Assembly: GCA_964016885.1 (NCBI GenBank)
Contig: OZ024742.1
Coordinates: 91,760,001-91,824,000 of the forward strand
Direction: 5' to 3'
From: Eledone cirrhosa
Taxonomy: Eukaryota
Length of the DNA stretch: 64,000 nucleotides
Position numbers and translations under genes: made by a program. This document shows positions 26,333 through 40,359 of the stretch, one piece after another (position 1 is the stretch's first letter; every line of letters begins with the position of its first letter). The notes beneath the pieces are model-generated. The model worked only from the letters and a program-made list of their open reading frames with translations, ran no database searches and was not told the origin of the DNA.

Positions 26333-26827
26333 GGTATATGTATTTGTGTATGTATGTGTGTACTTAAAGTTGACAATAATGCGACAGTGGCAACTATCGC
26401 CACGAGGCATTGTATCTTGATAAACCATTCGTTTGTTTACCTTCGTGTACGTGACGACCATTGAGAGAGAGGGAGAGAGAGAGAGTAAGAAACATCTACA
26501 GGGCAGATATACGACCACACACAGTGATGGAGGTTTTTGCGCGCTTCATTGTTTCGTTAACCGTCAAGGATGCTGCGAACACTGCACTTTATACAACGTT
26601 ACATCACTACTACTACCACCACCAACAACAACACTATCACCACCACCATTAACAACAACAACATTTCAAACACTATCATCAATAACAACAAAACCCAACA
26701 CTGCCATCGCTCTACAGCAACATTAACAACACCACCAAAGACAACACCACCAACAACAATATACTACCACCACAAGTAACACCGCCAACAACTATAAAAC
26801 TTTGTTGTAATGCCATCTTCATTATTT

Positions 26828-27012
26828 GCGGTGAATTGGCAGTATCCGTAGAGGGTCGGACATACTTTCCAGCATTGTTACGTCCCTTTACGATCTGAGT
26901 TCAAATCCCGCCGAGGTTAACTTTGCCTTTCATCCTTACGGGGTCGATAAAATAAAGTACCAGTAATGCACTGGGTAATTGCTGGCCTTATGCCAAAAGT
27001 AGAAACAATTAT
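26828..27012 (+). mobile_element. tRNA-derived SINE
   Basis: A-box tggcagtatccg, B-box gagttcaaatcc, central domain, attatttg flanks. Confidence 0.92.
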
Positions 27013-27146
27013 TTGTTCCTTCAGTGATTAAACCATTTTGAAGTGACTAAAATCATAACAATTGCCAAAATTATAGTAACATCAATAAGAATACTAATAG
27101 CACTAATGGGATGATGATGATGATGATAACAGTAATAGAAATGATG

Positions 27147-27515
27147 ATTTCTAATATAGGCACAATGCCAAAAAGCTGTTGGTAGAAGTCGATTACATTG
27201 ACCCCAGTATGTAACAGGTACTTTATTTTATGCACCCCCAAAACGATGAAAGGCAAAGGTGACTTCAGCGAGAAACGAAGTAAAAAACGACAACAATAAT
27301 AATGGTTTCTGATGTAGGCACAAGGCCCACAATTTTTGGGGAGAGGAAAGTCAATGAAATGGACCCTAGTGCGTACTTTATTTTATTGACTCTGTAAGGA
27401 TGAAAGGCAAAGCTAACCTCAGCGGAAAGTGAACTCAGAACGTAAGTTACCGTAACTCTCTGCTGTCAAGTATATTGTCCGAAGATTTACCAATACTGCC
27501 AATTGACTGCCCTTA
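27147..27515 (-). mobile_element. Two older SINE copies, one truncated
   Basis: ggcacaa..., gatgaaaggcaaag, gaactcagaacgtaa motifs. Confidence 0.8.
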
Positions 27516-28699
27516 CAGCAACAACATTATAAATGTCACTTTCTTAGCTATAAAGGGGTCATACCTACAATACAATAAACGTTTAGAATATGGAGCGGTG
27601 GTGTACAGTTGGTTTGGGGCTATGACAAGTTTTAATAAAAAGGAGGGAACTGGTTCAAGGACGATATACAATAGACAGGTTAATGTTTAATAAAAACACG
27701 AAATAAATATCAAAATATAAAACACACAATAATTAAAACAAGATATAAATGTAACAAACACTCACATACACAAAAAAACAACAAAGTAAAACAAAAAATA
27801 TCATTTAGGGTTACTCGCCCACACACGGGTCAGAACATGCAAGTTAGGATCTAGAAATTGTATGGCACTATTTCTTCCGATGTAAAAACTATCAGTCGGA
27901 GAGAGGATATCTTGAAGCTGGTTTGTAAAACAACTACCAAGACTGGAAGTACAATATATTGTAAAGATCTACCAACACTAAACCAAATTGTCTATTACAT
28001 GGAGTTTATGAAAATATTTGACAACAGAAATATGTCGTTGATTTATAGTTGTCCTTATTTTTCTATTTCTAATTCTTTTGGCGTATTTTTCTTTTTCTTT
28101 TTTATTCTCTGTCTATCCCTCTTGTTTATTTGTTTTTTTAATTATAAAGGTTCTTAGACACATCTCCTAGTCTGTCATAGATTACCAACTTTATAGGGAC
28201 GTTTAAATAAATAAATAAGATCTGTTGCATACAAAGATGCTTCCCTATAGTTTTTTGAGTTGGACAACGGAGAAAAACGTCAGCGTGTTCATAATATACT
28301 CCGCTGGGTTATATATTTAGAGAGAAAATAAGAGAAAGAGTGAAAGAAAAAGAGTAAAAATGTGGTGGACGAGAGCGAGAGATCAATGCAGACACACAAA
28401 TGCTGGACAACTGAATGTATTTTGTCGGGGCTAATACAATGAGTTGCATAACTGCTATCGATTAGTACGTATATCGATAAAAGTTTTGTTTATTTTGAAC
28501 ATGAGTGAGTCATCTCAATAGTGGATTCACATACTGAAAAACCATATATATATATCAGAAATAGGCCCGATATTTTCCCTACTAGAGTCCTGAAATAGTG
28601 TCGATATCAAATTATATCCCCTCTTTAGCTAATCTCTGGAATATCTCCCAATCTTTCGTTCAAATTACAGTAAATTACCGTCCAATCTCATTTACTTCT

Positions 28700-30042
28700 C
28701 ATAACCCTGAACTAACTGAGATGTGGGTGTGATCACGAATAACATCCTGGAAAGCAACAATCACCTGAATGATTTCTGCGATAGGAGGGATTGCTCAAGG
28801 GAGCTTCTGTATCACTTTGATGACATATTATAGGCTTTCAGAACGGGCTCCGACAGATATGTCATATACCTTAACTTCAAAGAGGCATTTGACAAGATTG
28901 ATGACTGCATCATGTTGAGGAAACTATCCTACATTAGAGTTTGTGAAAATCTACTACGGTTAAATGAATGTTTCCTAGTGAACAGAACCCAGCTTGTTAG
29001 GGTTGAAGGAGTACGATGAAGCTCAGCTAAATCATTAGTGGTGTCCCACAAGGCAGTGTGTTGGCCCGTCTTCTCTTTATTATTTACATCAATACTATTA
29101 TAGACGTTAGTAAGTACAGAAAAATATGAAGCATCACAGATGATTGCAAGCTATAGGTCATTAGCTAAATGGGAAACCGGACATTCCTTCAAACGTATCT
29201 GCTTTTTGTTATTTAATTGCCTGGTAAAATCATACTATTAAACGAGGATAAAATTGAGTTAATCCATTTTGAAAAAGAGGATGGTCATAAGTTACCATAT
29301 TCTCTTCCCCTAGGCAAAACGCTCGTAGCATCCAGCAACTTCAGAGATCTGGGAGAGGTTGTCGATAATAGCATAAGCTGGTGAACCCATATCAAGTTGA
29401 CATGTCCAACATGATGAATTTCTGAATTCTAAGAACTTTCCGGTCTAGAGATATCCATTCAGTTATCCTTCTATTCTCTACATATTCCCGTTCCCACTTT
29501 TAATACGTAACAAAATATTATGAACATTGGAGCACCACAGAGACCAATTACAAAAAGGATAGACAGACCCTGAGTACTGGAGTTGACTAGAAAAACACAA
29601 ACTGTACTCTCTCCATCGCTGATGTGAGCGCTACTTCATTTGTGTAATGTGAAAAATATTCCATCAACATTGTTCAAATGATGTTAGCATCAACTTTGAA
29701 ATCTACCCACGACTTACCCGCTTTGCTATTCGTTCCCTGCAGAATTCGCCCTCACATCTCATAACAACATTACAACACAATTATGTAATCTAAATTGGAC
29801 CTATTATCTTTAATATCTGACATCAAGACAGAAAAAAATCCCATAAAATTTAAAAGGACTTTGGATAAATTCTTCCAAGAAGTTCCAGACAAACTCCCTA
29901 TATCCAGATATATCTCCGATAACACTGGAACAGGCCATGGTGTCCGAAATATGACTGGTAACGGATGAATTGAAAGACCTCAACTGGTGGTGTTATTAAG
30001 TTAGATATTGGTTGAGCCAATACTGACCGAAAGTTATCGAAG

Positions 30043-30045
<3 letters not shown>
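28700..30045 (+). mobile_element. Decayed CR1-like LINE (RT to 3' end)
   Basis: Manual translation: VIYLNFKEAFDKID, GVPQGSVLARLLFIIYIN, FRDLGEVVDNSISW, FKRTLDKFFQEVPDK; many stops and frameshifts; ends at (TA)n. Confidence 0.85.
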
Positions 30046-30100
<55 letters not shown>

Positions 30101-30106
<6 letters not shown>

Positions 30107-30321
30107 AAGTGAGGTTTGCTATTGAGATTTTATTGATTATACACAGTTACGACCGTTTCACAGAAGGAAGGCTCAAGATCTATGTAAAAGTTATAGAGCC
30201 GACTCCAGTCCGATCTGTTCATCAAACTTTTAATTAAGCAAAGCCAAAAATACACTCTGCCTTGGCATAGACTGCTGATTTTTGTACCTTCCTCAGTAAA
30301 CCATGAATATACTGAACCACC

Positions 30322-30327
<6 letters not shown>
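30101..30327 (-). mobile_element. ~230 bp non-coding element with long-stem-II hammerhead-like motif (30145-30228)
   Basis: Minus strand: agt-UUGAUGA-acaga...tctgt-GAAA-cggtcg-UA-act, then AATAAA; homologous to 33023-33260; microsatellite flanks. Confidence 0.7.
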
Positions 30328-30416
<89 letters not shown>

Positions 30417-30439
30417 CAGAGTGAGACAGAGAGATTCCT

Positions 30440-30580
30440 GAGTTGTGTCCGGGATCATCCCCAATGACAAAAGTTACTCAATACATTGGTAGAGTATAGG
30501 CATCTATATTATGTATAGAGAAATGACATCTACACGACTAGAACTGTTTCATTCGAATGAAAACACCAGGAATGTCCATA
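30440..30580 (-). mobile_element. Decayed copy of the 6141-6280 hammerhead element
   Basis: tactcaatacat..agagtata and gactagaactgtttcattc shared; core decayed to CUGGUGU; stem I gacat(t)c/gatgtc. Confidence 0.7.
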
Positions 30581-31149
30581 GACACGCACACATACACACA
30601 CACACACATATACACACACACAAATATATATATATATATGAATGCGTGTGTGTATGCGAGTGTTCGTAATCAAAGCAAATAGATCTAAATGTTACTACCT
30701 GTAATCTTGAGTACTTGACATTCCAGTTGGTTTTCTAAACCCAGCTTACAATCATATTAAAAACAGGAGATAAATTGTTTATACGTGACTTATTTCATGT
30801 AAAAAATATTAATAGAAAATTAGAAGCATATAAATATAAAGATTGTGTTGACAAGACCAATGCTGTGTCTCAGAATTACGTGGAGATTATTGGTTCTACT
30901 TGAACTTTACTTCAGCTGTATGGAGGGCTTGTTAAAGCCATGGCACTGCCCCTTCCCCTAGACCAGTGTTCATCAAAGTGCAACGTAGCAATATTTTGGA
31001 CTTCCAAACGAGCTGTTTATACTATGCTATATACACTATATATTACGTTTGTTCCATCACGGCGGGTGGAAGGGAATTTTTTATTTTTTTTTCGTCTTTT
31101 GTGGGGCATTGAATAAGAGACATACCAAGTAAGAAGTAAGAGAATAATG

Positions 31150-31336
31150 GTTTATGATTTTGGCACAAGGCCAGCAATTTTTGGAGTGAGTAAAGTCGAG
31201 TAATGTCGATTAATCACCGGTGCAAGGATGAAAGGCAAAACTACCTTCTGCGGGATTTGAATTCAGAACGTAAAAATTCAGATCAAATATGCTTAGCATT
31301 TTGTCCGACGCTCTAACGATTCTGCCAATCTCCCGC
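31150..31336 (-). mobile_element. Older tRNA-derived SINE copy
   Basis: ggcacaaggccagcaatt, ggatgaaaggcaaa, ctctaacgattctgccaat. Confidence 0.85.
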
Positions 31337-33022
31337 ATTCATAAGAAAATAATAGAACCATTTGTTCTGATAGATATTTTTGTCGTAGTAGTTTAAATTC
31401 GATTTAGTCTTTCTGAACAAAATCTGTGATCGACAAAATAAATACTATTCATGTACTGTTTACAATTGAATCAAGTATACCTATAAAACTATCCTTGCAG
31501 TGGTATGTATTAGATCAAATAAAAGATTTCCCCTCACCTTGTATATGACAATAAGCTAATGCGAAAAATCCTTATTCATCATTCACTCAACGATCCCAGT
31601 ATTCCCTAAACCACTGATTCATTCTCTCACCCAATCACCCATTCACACAACTACGCACTCCCTCTCTCACTCAGCCAGTATTTAAATCAGATAATATCTT
31701 TTTTAAATTACTTGTTGTTCTTGCTGTTCTAAAGGGACAGGGGTGAACTGGCAAAATTATTAGAGCTTCGGACAAAATACTTTACGCTGTTTAGTTACAG
31801 CTGCTTACGTTCTGTTTTCAAATCTCGCCTAAGCCAACTATACCTTTCATCTTTTCTGGATGAATAAAATAAGCAACACTCCTGTACTGGATTCAATTCA
31901 ATTGACATTTCCCTCCTCCTAAATTGCTGGCCTTGATCATAAATTTGAAATCATCATTATTGTTAAGATTGGAAGTGGTAATAACAAGACACTCCTTTAA
32001 AATAGCAGAGCTGGACTTAAAAGAGGATGATCCAGGGAAGAGAAGAAACAATTTTAAAATCACATAGTAAATACGTTGACCAGTGGAAATGACATCATTG
32101 TTGTCAAGCTATCGAAAGAATCTCAATTTTGCCGCTTTCTCTGCAGTCAAATTTTCCTGAAATTAGCAGCCTACCATTGGATAATGTAGTACTAGATGTT
32201 TTGCACATAGAAATATAGGGCTGATCACGACTGGATTCCTTTTGATCATAGATATGCTCGATGAAGTCTGACTTGTGGCTAAAGAAAAATAACAGCAACA
32301 ACAACAAAACGTCCATGTTGGTTGTGTTCTTTCAATCATGGTAGAGTAGATAATTATGTTTCACTATGTTTCGACTAAGTTAAATTCCCACTGAGGTCAA
32401 CTTCAACTTTGAGGGTAGATAATCTGTTGATACACCATTTTAGCCATTTACTGCACACGATTGTTGCTTTCATTAAAACAGGGCACCAAATATATTTTTG
32501 CGGTGGTAGATTATATAAATAATACTGTTATTTTATAGAGCCAGTATGGTTTGTTTAATCGATTCCATGATTTCATTTTATTTATCCCGGAAGTCGATCA
32601 CATCATGATTCGAGCTTAGATTCTAAATGTATTCAAGTAGTTCCGCAACTCGACCACAGGCATGTTTATATGCTTGCAATATGTCACAATAAACCATTGT
32701 AACAGTCATTCATTAACCAATCCTCTCTCAATTATTTGAAGCAGTAACCTTTATCGCTCTCTAAATATATATACATACACATACATATACATATGCATGC
32801 TTGTGTGTGTAAATAAGTACATTAGTGAATATTAAACAAAACAATTGTTAGAGTGCCAATGTTAAGAGATTTATCCGTCGTCACTGCAACTCAACATATC
32901 AGTATATTCCGGTTGATAGTGAAACTGAATTTATCTTTAATTCATCATAAAATACCAACCATTGACATCCTACGTAAACATACACACCTGCATGTTTATA
33001 TATATTTATATATATTACGAAC

Positions 33023-33260
33023 AAAACAAAGTGTCACATTAAGGTTTTTATTGATTAGGCTCAGTTACGAACGTTTCTCAGATGGGTGGCTCAGGATCAA
33101 TATTTGTGCTATAGACCCGACTCCAGCCCTAATCAAATCATCAGACCTGTTAATCAAAATCTCTATTAGTACTCTGTAACTTAGTACTAGTATAGATTTT
33201 GTACCTTCAAATATTAGTACCTTCCTCAGTAAACCACAAATCTACTGAATGACCTAATTA
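33023..33260 (-). mobile_element. ~240 bp non-coding element with long-stem-II hammerhead (33063-33147)
   Basis: Minus strand: ggt-CUGAUGA-tttgat...atctga-GAAA-cgttcg-UA-act, then AATAAA; shares aaaacaaagtg and cttcctcagtaaacca ends with 30101-30327. Confidence 0.72.
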
Positions 33261-33326
33261 TATATATATATATATATATATATGCGTGTGTGCCCTTCGC
33301 ATACACACATACATTTTTATGTATTG

Positions 33327-33403
<77 letters not shown>

Positions 33404-34240
33404 ATAGGTTTTCACGGCAGATAAAAAAAAACTTTAAAATTATATGTTCAATTACATACCAGATTTAATTGTACTTACAAAGTTCAATAAGACAACAAAT
33501 TTCATTAAAAAAATGTTTTTCCGCTTATAAAGCACAATGAATGTAGGTTTGGGGAGAAAGGTAAGCCTCTAGAATTAAAAATCAAAAGCAAACGTTGTAG
33601 AGAATATGTTATATGCATGTGTTTGTCTAACTTTGCAAAGTTTTTAATTTCCGCACAAAAGGAAAAGGATGCGGCTGTCAATGAAAACTGATACTGTTTG
33701 GGTCCAATGACAGCTACAGAATTTAAACCCGGTTCAAAACCTATTTTCTAACTGTACGGCAATAAGCTAAACAACTATGTTATTGTTTACACGTTTATAG
33801 TCTTCTTTCAGTATACGGGAGAATTCTGCCGCCCTCAAAAATTTCTAATTGCTCACTAGTCAGTGATACCGCCCAGGTTGACAAGCACTGGTTTAGTCAG
33901 ATGAGAAACAAAAGGCAGCGCCCATGATTCATTTCAGTTAACTTCACTTCAGAAACCTGGACCTATGTGATAAACTGCTGTTGGAGTAGATCTACTACTC
34001 ACAGTTTCAAAGTAAGCATTAAAAACATTAATGTCAGTAATGTTAAGGTGCCAGCAAAGCCATGGGAACTTCGCCTCTCTGTTGAATATCCTACTGGAAA
34101 AATGAAATGAATAACAATCTGATCGATCGATAGATTACACAAACATCTCTACAAGATATTTTATCCATAGTGTTAGAAAGGGTGATTGATTGGCAGAATT
34201 GTTAATGTTTTAGATGAAACTCATAGCATTATTTAGTTAC

Positions 34241-34430
34241 GGTGAATTGGCAGTATCGGTAGAGGGTCGGACGCCATGCCTTCCGGCATAGAATTACGTC
34301 CCTTCACAGTCTGAGTTCAAATCCTGCCGAGGTTAACTTTGCCTTTCATCCTTACGAGGTTGATAAAATAAAGTTCCAGTAATGCACTGGGATAATTGCT
34401 ACCCTTGTGCCAATACTAGAAACAATTATT
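34241..34430 (+). mobile_element. Young SINE nested in an older SINE (~34180-34590), 15-bp TSD
   Basis: attatttagttacgg at 34228-34242 and 34425-34439; A and B boxes intact. Confidence 0.92.
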
Positions 34431-35143
34431 TAGTTACGGCTAAGTTCAGGTTTCATATCCCGTTGAGTTAAACTTTAAATGTTATCTTTCTGAGGTCGAT
34501 AAAATAGTACCATAAAAAACTGGGTTTTATATAATCGATTTTTCCAACCCAATAAATTACTGGCCTTGTTCCTGAACTAGAAATTATTAATAGAGTTATG
34601 AAGCTACCAAAGGAGAGCAATCCTACTCTCTCAGTCCAAACTTTCAGGATTTAGTAATATGAAAGAGCTCAGGCACAATTGATTACCAACAGACACCTTT
34701 CAGCTGTCGTTTTTCTTAAAACAGTCCAGTGTATTCCAGCACAAAGTAATACTATAGGATTTCATATATTTGATCAAACGAATCAACGTTTGTGAACTGA
34801 GTGAGCAAGTCCATAACTCATCACACATTTCAAAGTTCACTGCCGAAGCCCACCCACTTTAGTGGTTTCCCGGGCATAATGTATCGCCCCATGCAAATAA
34901 ATATTTGAAGAGACATGTAACGTAATAGGCATATAACAGATTGGAATCAAACAAACTGGCTTGGAAAACGTACAAGAAATCACCACACAAGTAAAGCTGT
35001 CCTCTCCCATAAATACTGTGCACACACATACCTATAAAAACCTACACATATAGAGTTTAAGGGCCGAAATATTTGCTTGTGGGAGGGGTTTCTCTCTAAA
35101 GACCTTCTGCTTTCCAGCCCTACTGCGAGTTTCTTACCACCAT

Positions 35144-35410
35144 GTGGTTAGAGCGTTGGGCTTGCAATTCAGAGGTTGTGAGTTCGATTCTCGGACCCGC
35201 TGGTGCGTTGAGTCCTTGAGCAAGATACTTTATTTCTCATTGCTCTACTTCACTGATCTGTAGAAATAAGTTGCAACACCACTAGTGCAAACTGTATCGG
35301 CCATTGCCTTTCCCTTGGACAACATCAGTGGCGTAGAGAGGGAAGGCTGGTATGCATGGGTGACTGCTGGTTTTCCACAAACAGCTCTTGCTCAGAGTTG
35401 AGCCTCAGAT
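35144..35410 (+). mobile_element. Second tRNA-derived SINE family (CORE/Meta-like domain)
   Basis: gtggttagagcgttgggc...gagttcgattctcgg tRNA-like head followed by gtccttgagcaagatacttta. Confidence 0.75.
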
Positions 35411-35635
35411 TATAAAATTAAGTGAACAATTTCTAGTTTCACCATAAACAGGATCATCTGTGTCTGTGTGTGTATTTAGCAGAAGCATTAACATAGCTTG
35501 CTTCATAATAGAGGAGTATGAAAGCATACACAAAATATTTACTGTGACAGAATGAAAGCCTGAAACACCTATATTGAGTTAAGTATATTTAATATAGATA
35601 AACGTAAAACATATGATCTCATATATACGCATCTA

Positions 35636-35688
<53 letters not shown>

Positions 35689-35846
35689 CAAATGCAATCA
35701 GTAATAATAATGTTAAAGTCTAACTGTCAGTGTATGAGAATACACCTTGCTTACCTGATTACTCAATCAACAAAGAAAAACGATTGGTCAATAAATCAAG
35801 TCTATTTATATATGTTACCAACATGACTCATCTTAGCTAACAATGA

Positions 35847-36025
35847 CACATTACTATATGATGTATTTTCTTTGAAAACAATAGTCGCATGAGGCAAGTT
35901 CTAAAACAGAGATGTTTGTGGTCTTGCGTAGCCATTGTTGTTGAATATCTTTATTTTCCCTTATTTTTTCTATTTCCCAAACACTGTTATTGTTTTGTCA
36001 TTTTGGGTTGGGTCATTGTAACTTT

Positions 36026-36066
<41 letters not shown>

Positions 36067-36580
36067 TACAAATTTATAGAGTGAGAGTTAACTAAGTACA
36101 CACACAATGCGTGGACATTTAGAAATAGCATTTTTTTTTATACCAATAATGTATTTTTAATTATTATAGATTTTAAAAATTTGTCACCTGGAAATTTATG
36201 AAAAAATATCTGAGAAACATATTTTCAAAATCTGAAATGAAAAATGAAAAGTATTAGTGAAAAAAAATTGTTACTAATAGCCATTTATAGGCTTCCCTAT
36301 ATACATACATACACACACAAATGGCTATAAATGGCTATTAGTAAGAATTTTTTTTTACTAATACTTTTTTTTTTTTTTTCAGATTTTGAAAATATGTCTC
36401 TCAGATATTTTTTCTTCAATTTCCAGGTAACATATTTTCAAAACCTATAATAATTTAAAACACATTATTGGTAAAAAAAAAAATTATTCTACTTTTAAAT
36501 GTCCACGCATTTTGTGTGCAGTTAGTTAACTCTCACTCTAAATATTTGTAAACGTGTGTGTGATTTTGTGTGTGTGTGTG

Positions 36581-36652
<72 letters not shown>

Positions 36653-36839
36653 TAAAGCTGCAATAGACCAGCCCAAAATTGTGACGAAACAACAACAGTG
36701 TTTGGGAAATAGAAAAAAATAAGGGAAAAAAAAAGATATTCAACAACAATGGCTACGCCAAGACCGCAAACATCTCTGTTTTAGAACTTGCCTCATGCGA
36801 CTATTGTTTTCAAAGGAAATACATCATATAGTAATGTGT
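35847..36839. repeat. Fold-back inverted repeat, ~450-510 bp arms with internal (CA)/(TG) runs, ~30 bp spacer
   Basis: acacattactatatgatgtattt... / ...aaatacatcatatagtaatgtgt; aatagccatttatag / ctataaatggctatt at the centre. Confidence 0.95.
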
Positions 36840-36900
36840 ATATTATATATATATAATGTGTATATTATATATATATATATAATATAATATATATATAATA

Positions 36901-37006
<106 letters not shown>

Positions 37007-37049
37007 TATAAATTACAGAATAATCAAAACTATGTTCAAAACATTTTAT

Positions 37050-37096
37050 TGCTGACAATCGTTTCTTCCAAACTTTTGTTTGGAATCATCGTAGCA
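37050..37096 (-). ncRNA. Decayed minimal hammerhead (core ACGAUGA)
   Basis: Minus strand: tgct-ACGAUGA-ttccaaac aaaa gtttggaa-GAAA-cgattg-UC-agca, overlapping AATAAA; stems intact, two core bases off. Confidence 0.55.
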
Positions 37097-38041
37097 CTAG
37101 CAAAGTTTAGACATATAATTAACCTCCTATTCCATAGAACAATCGTAAAGATACGTAGATGTTAGTGTTGTCATTAACAGTGTCATATTTAAAGAGTGAA
37201 GATGATGTGGTCAGTATCAGTGGATGCGACAAATGTTATAAAAGAATAATACAACAATTATAGAGGAAATAAAGAAGAAAGTTACTCGCAAAACGAGTGC
37301 ATTAGCAGTACATATGCAAGCGTATAGAAAGAGTGCAGATGTGTTAGGCATGAACAGAATAACCAGGAAATGATAACAAGCAATGATACTAAGCATATAT
37401 ATCACAGTATGGCAAAGGTATCATATAATACAATACAGGTATAATAGCATATTAAGCCGACAGAGATGCTTGGGTATGAAAAGCAGTTTCTATCGCATTA
37501 CATCCACCATAAACTTCATAAAATGTTTTGAACATAGTTTTGATTATTCTGTAATTTATATTGCGACTCTGTAAAACATCTGATGTATTTACATTGAGCT
37601 ATTTTTCTTACTTGCAATAAGGTGGTAATGAATTTGACCTTTCCTGTTTATAATTATATATAGTGTATATATAAGTAAAATATTATTATTATTATGTATA
37701 TATAATGGGTGGTGAATTGGCAAATGCATGCACAGAGAAGAAGACAAAAATAAATAAATAAATAAATAAACAGATTAAATAAAGATGGCGTAGACAGGAG
37801 GAAACATAATAGCACCACTGACGATGTGCAACGAAAGAACTTTGTTAGACTATATATATATATGTGTTTGTGTCTATATTATATTTGTATTTTTGACCGT
37901 TGTTCAATCAATGGTGAACATTGAGGACCGAATAAATTAACTGATATAAAAGATACAGAAGCGAAAACCAACCAAACAGTGAGTGTGTTCTGTTATTAAT
38001 TCTGGCAATATTACTACAACAATTTCATCCTCCCTAAGTAT

Positions 38042-38111
<70 letters not shown>

Positions 38112-38208
38112 TATAATTTAATATGTATATATAATATAATTGTTTCTACTTTCGGCACAAGGCCAGCAATTATCAATACACTACTGGTACTTTATTTTAT
38201 CGACCCCG

Positions 38209-38283
<75 letters not shown>

Positions 38284-38292
38284 ATATATATA

Positions 38293-39164
38293 CATACATA
38301 CATAGTGGCTGCCAACTCGTTTTCGAGTACGGCCACTACTTTATATCCATGTAGGAGAAACCCTACCGATGCGCTGAACGAGTGTGACTTTTTAGTCCAG
38401 CCTGCGACATGAAAACTCTGGTACAAACACTACACTTGTGACAATTATTGACACATAGTGCTGGGCCCATGGTACCATGTGACGACAAGTGCAGAGAGAT
38501 ATCCAGATATAAAGCAATGCCTGTGCCGTGAAGCTTTTATAGTGAGCAAAGGCACTGCACAAAGCCAGTCCCACTCTCATAACCAAGATGATATTTACCA
38601 AAAAGAAGAACAAGTCAACATCATTGGATACCATCAGGGTTGCAGGTGTTATATCAGAGTTTTCCTTCTCCTAGAATTCTGCCTTGACAAAGGCTAAGGG
38701 GTCATCTCTCCATACATACATAGTGGCTGCAAACTCGTTTTCGAGTACGGCCACTACTTTATATCCATGTAGGAGAACCCCTACCGATGCGCTGAACGAG
38801 TGTGACTTTTTAGTCCAGCCAGCGACTTGAAAACTCTGTTAGAAACACTACACCTGTGACAATTATTGACACAGTGCTGGGCCCATGGTACCATGTGACG
38901 ACAAGTGCACAGAGATCTCCAGATATAAAGCAATGCCTGTGCCGTGAAGCTTTTATAGTGAGCAAAGGCACTGCACAAAGCCAGTCCCACTCTCTTAACC
39001 AAGACGATATTTACCAAAAAGAAGAACAAGTCAACATCATTGGATACCATCATGGTTGCAGGTGTTATATCAGAGTTTTTCTTCTCCTAGAATTCTGCCT
39101 TGACAAAGGCTAAGGGGTCATCTCTCCCGGTGATTTTGGATGGCCATTGACTCTTAAGAGCTCC
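38293..39164 (-). mobile_element. Head-to-tail dimer of a ~420 bp bipartite RTE-derived non-autonomous element
   Basis: Two near-identical units (38293-38710, 38711-39164); minus strand starts with ctagGagaaggaaaactctga RTE-5'UTR-like motif, ends with NRVFKSLAGLKSHTRSAHR* zinc-finger remnant and (TATG)n tail. Confidence 0.75.
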
Positions 39165-39174
39165 TTTGTGTGAG

Positions 39175-39213
<39 letters not shown>

Positions 39214-39427
39214 ATATACTCACACACATGCACATACATATCCCACGGTCACTTTCTGTTATTTTCTTCTATTCATGTCCCTTACATTTTTGTAACCCGA
39301 ATATTGAAGTGGCCCAATCTCAACTTTGTCTATTATTTTTATTAGTTCAAAAATATCGCTTGAACTAAATCGTAACAATCTTTCTTTTTCCCTTCTGATT
39401 ATTTATCTACATATTTGTTTACCGGGA

Positions 39428-39497
39428 ATTATTTTAGCCACTTTCCTGTCCCATATCGGTAGGTACCGATATGGGACATGAAAGTACCTAAAATAAT
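39428..39497. repeat. Short palindrome
   Basis: tgtcccatatcggta-gg-taccgatatgggaca with imperfect outer extension. Confidence 0.9.
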
Positions 39498-40281
39498 TTA
39501 TTCTTGCTTCTTTGTCCAAAGTGTTGAAACAACCCCGAACAGTACGTACGTTTGTTGTCCTGAATCCGTTGTATTTTTATCCTGAATAGCTCTGTCTTTA
39601 GGGAGTCTTGTGGTGCTCAGAAACGTAGCAGTATCTCAGCATTCAAAACAACAAAAGCATCCAGTAGACAACTGCTGAGCGAGAAATTTCTATATGTCCC
39701 ATTCGTTAATGAAGTGCGTGCATGTGTGCTTGCCTTTAATTATTTCATTACTGGTCTCAATTATTGCAAGGTACAGAAATCACTTACACCACAGTGTTTA
39801 TCTTTCCATAGTCAGAGAAAAGCCGGGCAGATGGTGATTAGTCTTTTTGGATCATTATTAGAGAAAGATGCACATCTGTTTCCTAGGAGCTGAATAAAAT
39901 ACAACGTATACAAACTAGGACTCAACTAACATGTCGATCTAAATTGCAAGACAGTAAATGCTCTTACAGTAGGGATTAATAAAGGAATTCTTAGTTAGGT
40001 GACACTTACACAATGTCACCAAACATTTTAAGCCCATGGAAAGAACATTTGTGGTTGAACCATCTTGCTTACTTTTCACAGTAAGGCTAAAATTTTCTGA
40101 TTTACATAACATTTCAAATTAGATAAAATATATGTGTGTGTGTCTCAAGGAGTGGGGAGACTAAATGAAGAGAAGGAATTAAGGAAGAGTGATCAGGATG
40201 ATAGTGGCAGTAGGGGGGAATACAGTTGAGAAAAAATGATAATGGACATTGGCAAATGCATACGAATATATATATATATGT

Positions 40282-40359
<78 letters not shown>

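Noticed and set aside
27858-28157. 99 aa ORF as possible host exon
   Set aside because: Non-ATG start, low-complexity T-rich end, no domain or clear splice sites
35144-35200. tRNA-like A/B boxes here and in other SINE heads
   Set aside because: No complete cloverleaf; they continue into SINE body sequence
37814-37846. CTGACGA-tgtgcaac-GAAA motif
   Set aside because: Stems I-III only about 2 bp each; could be chance
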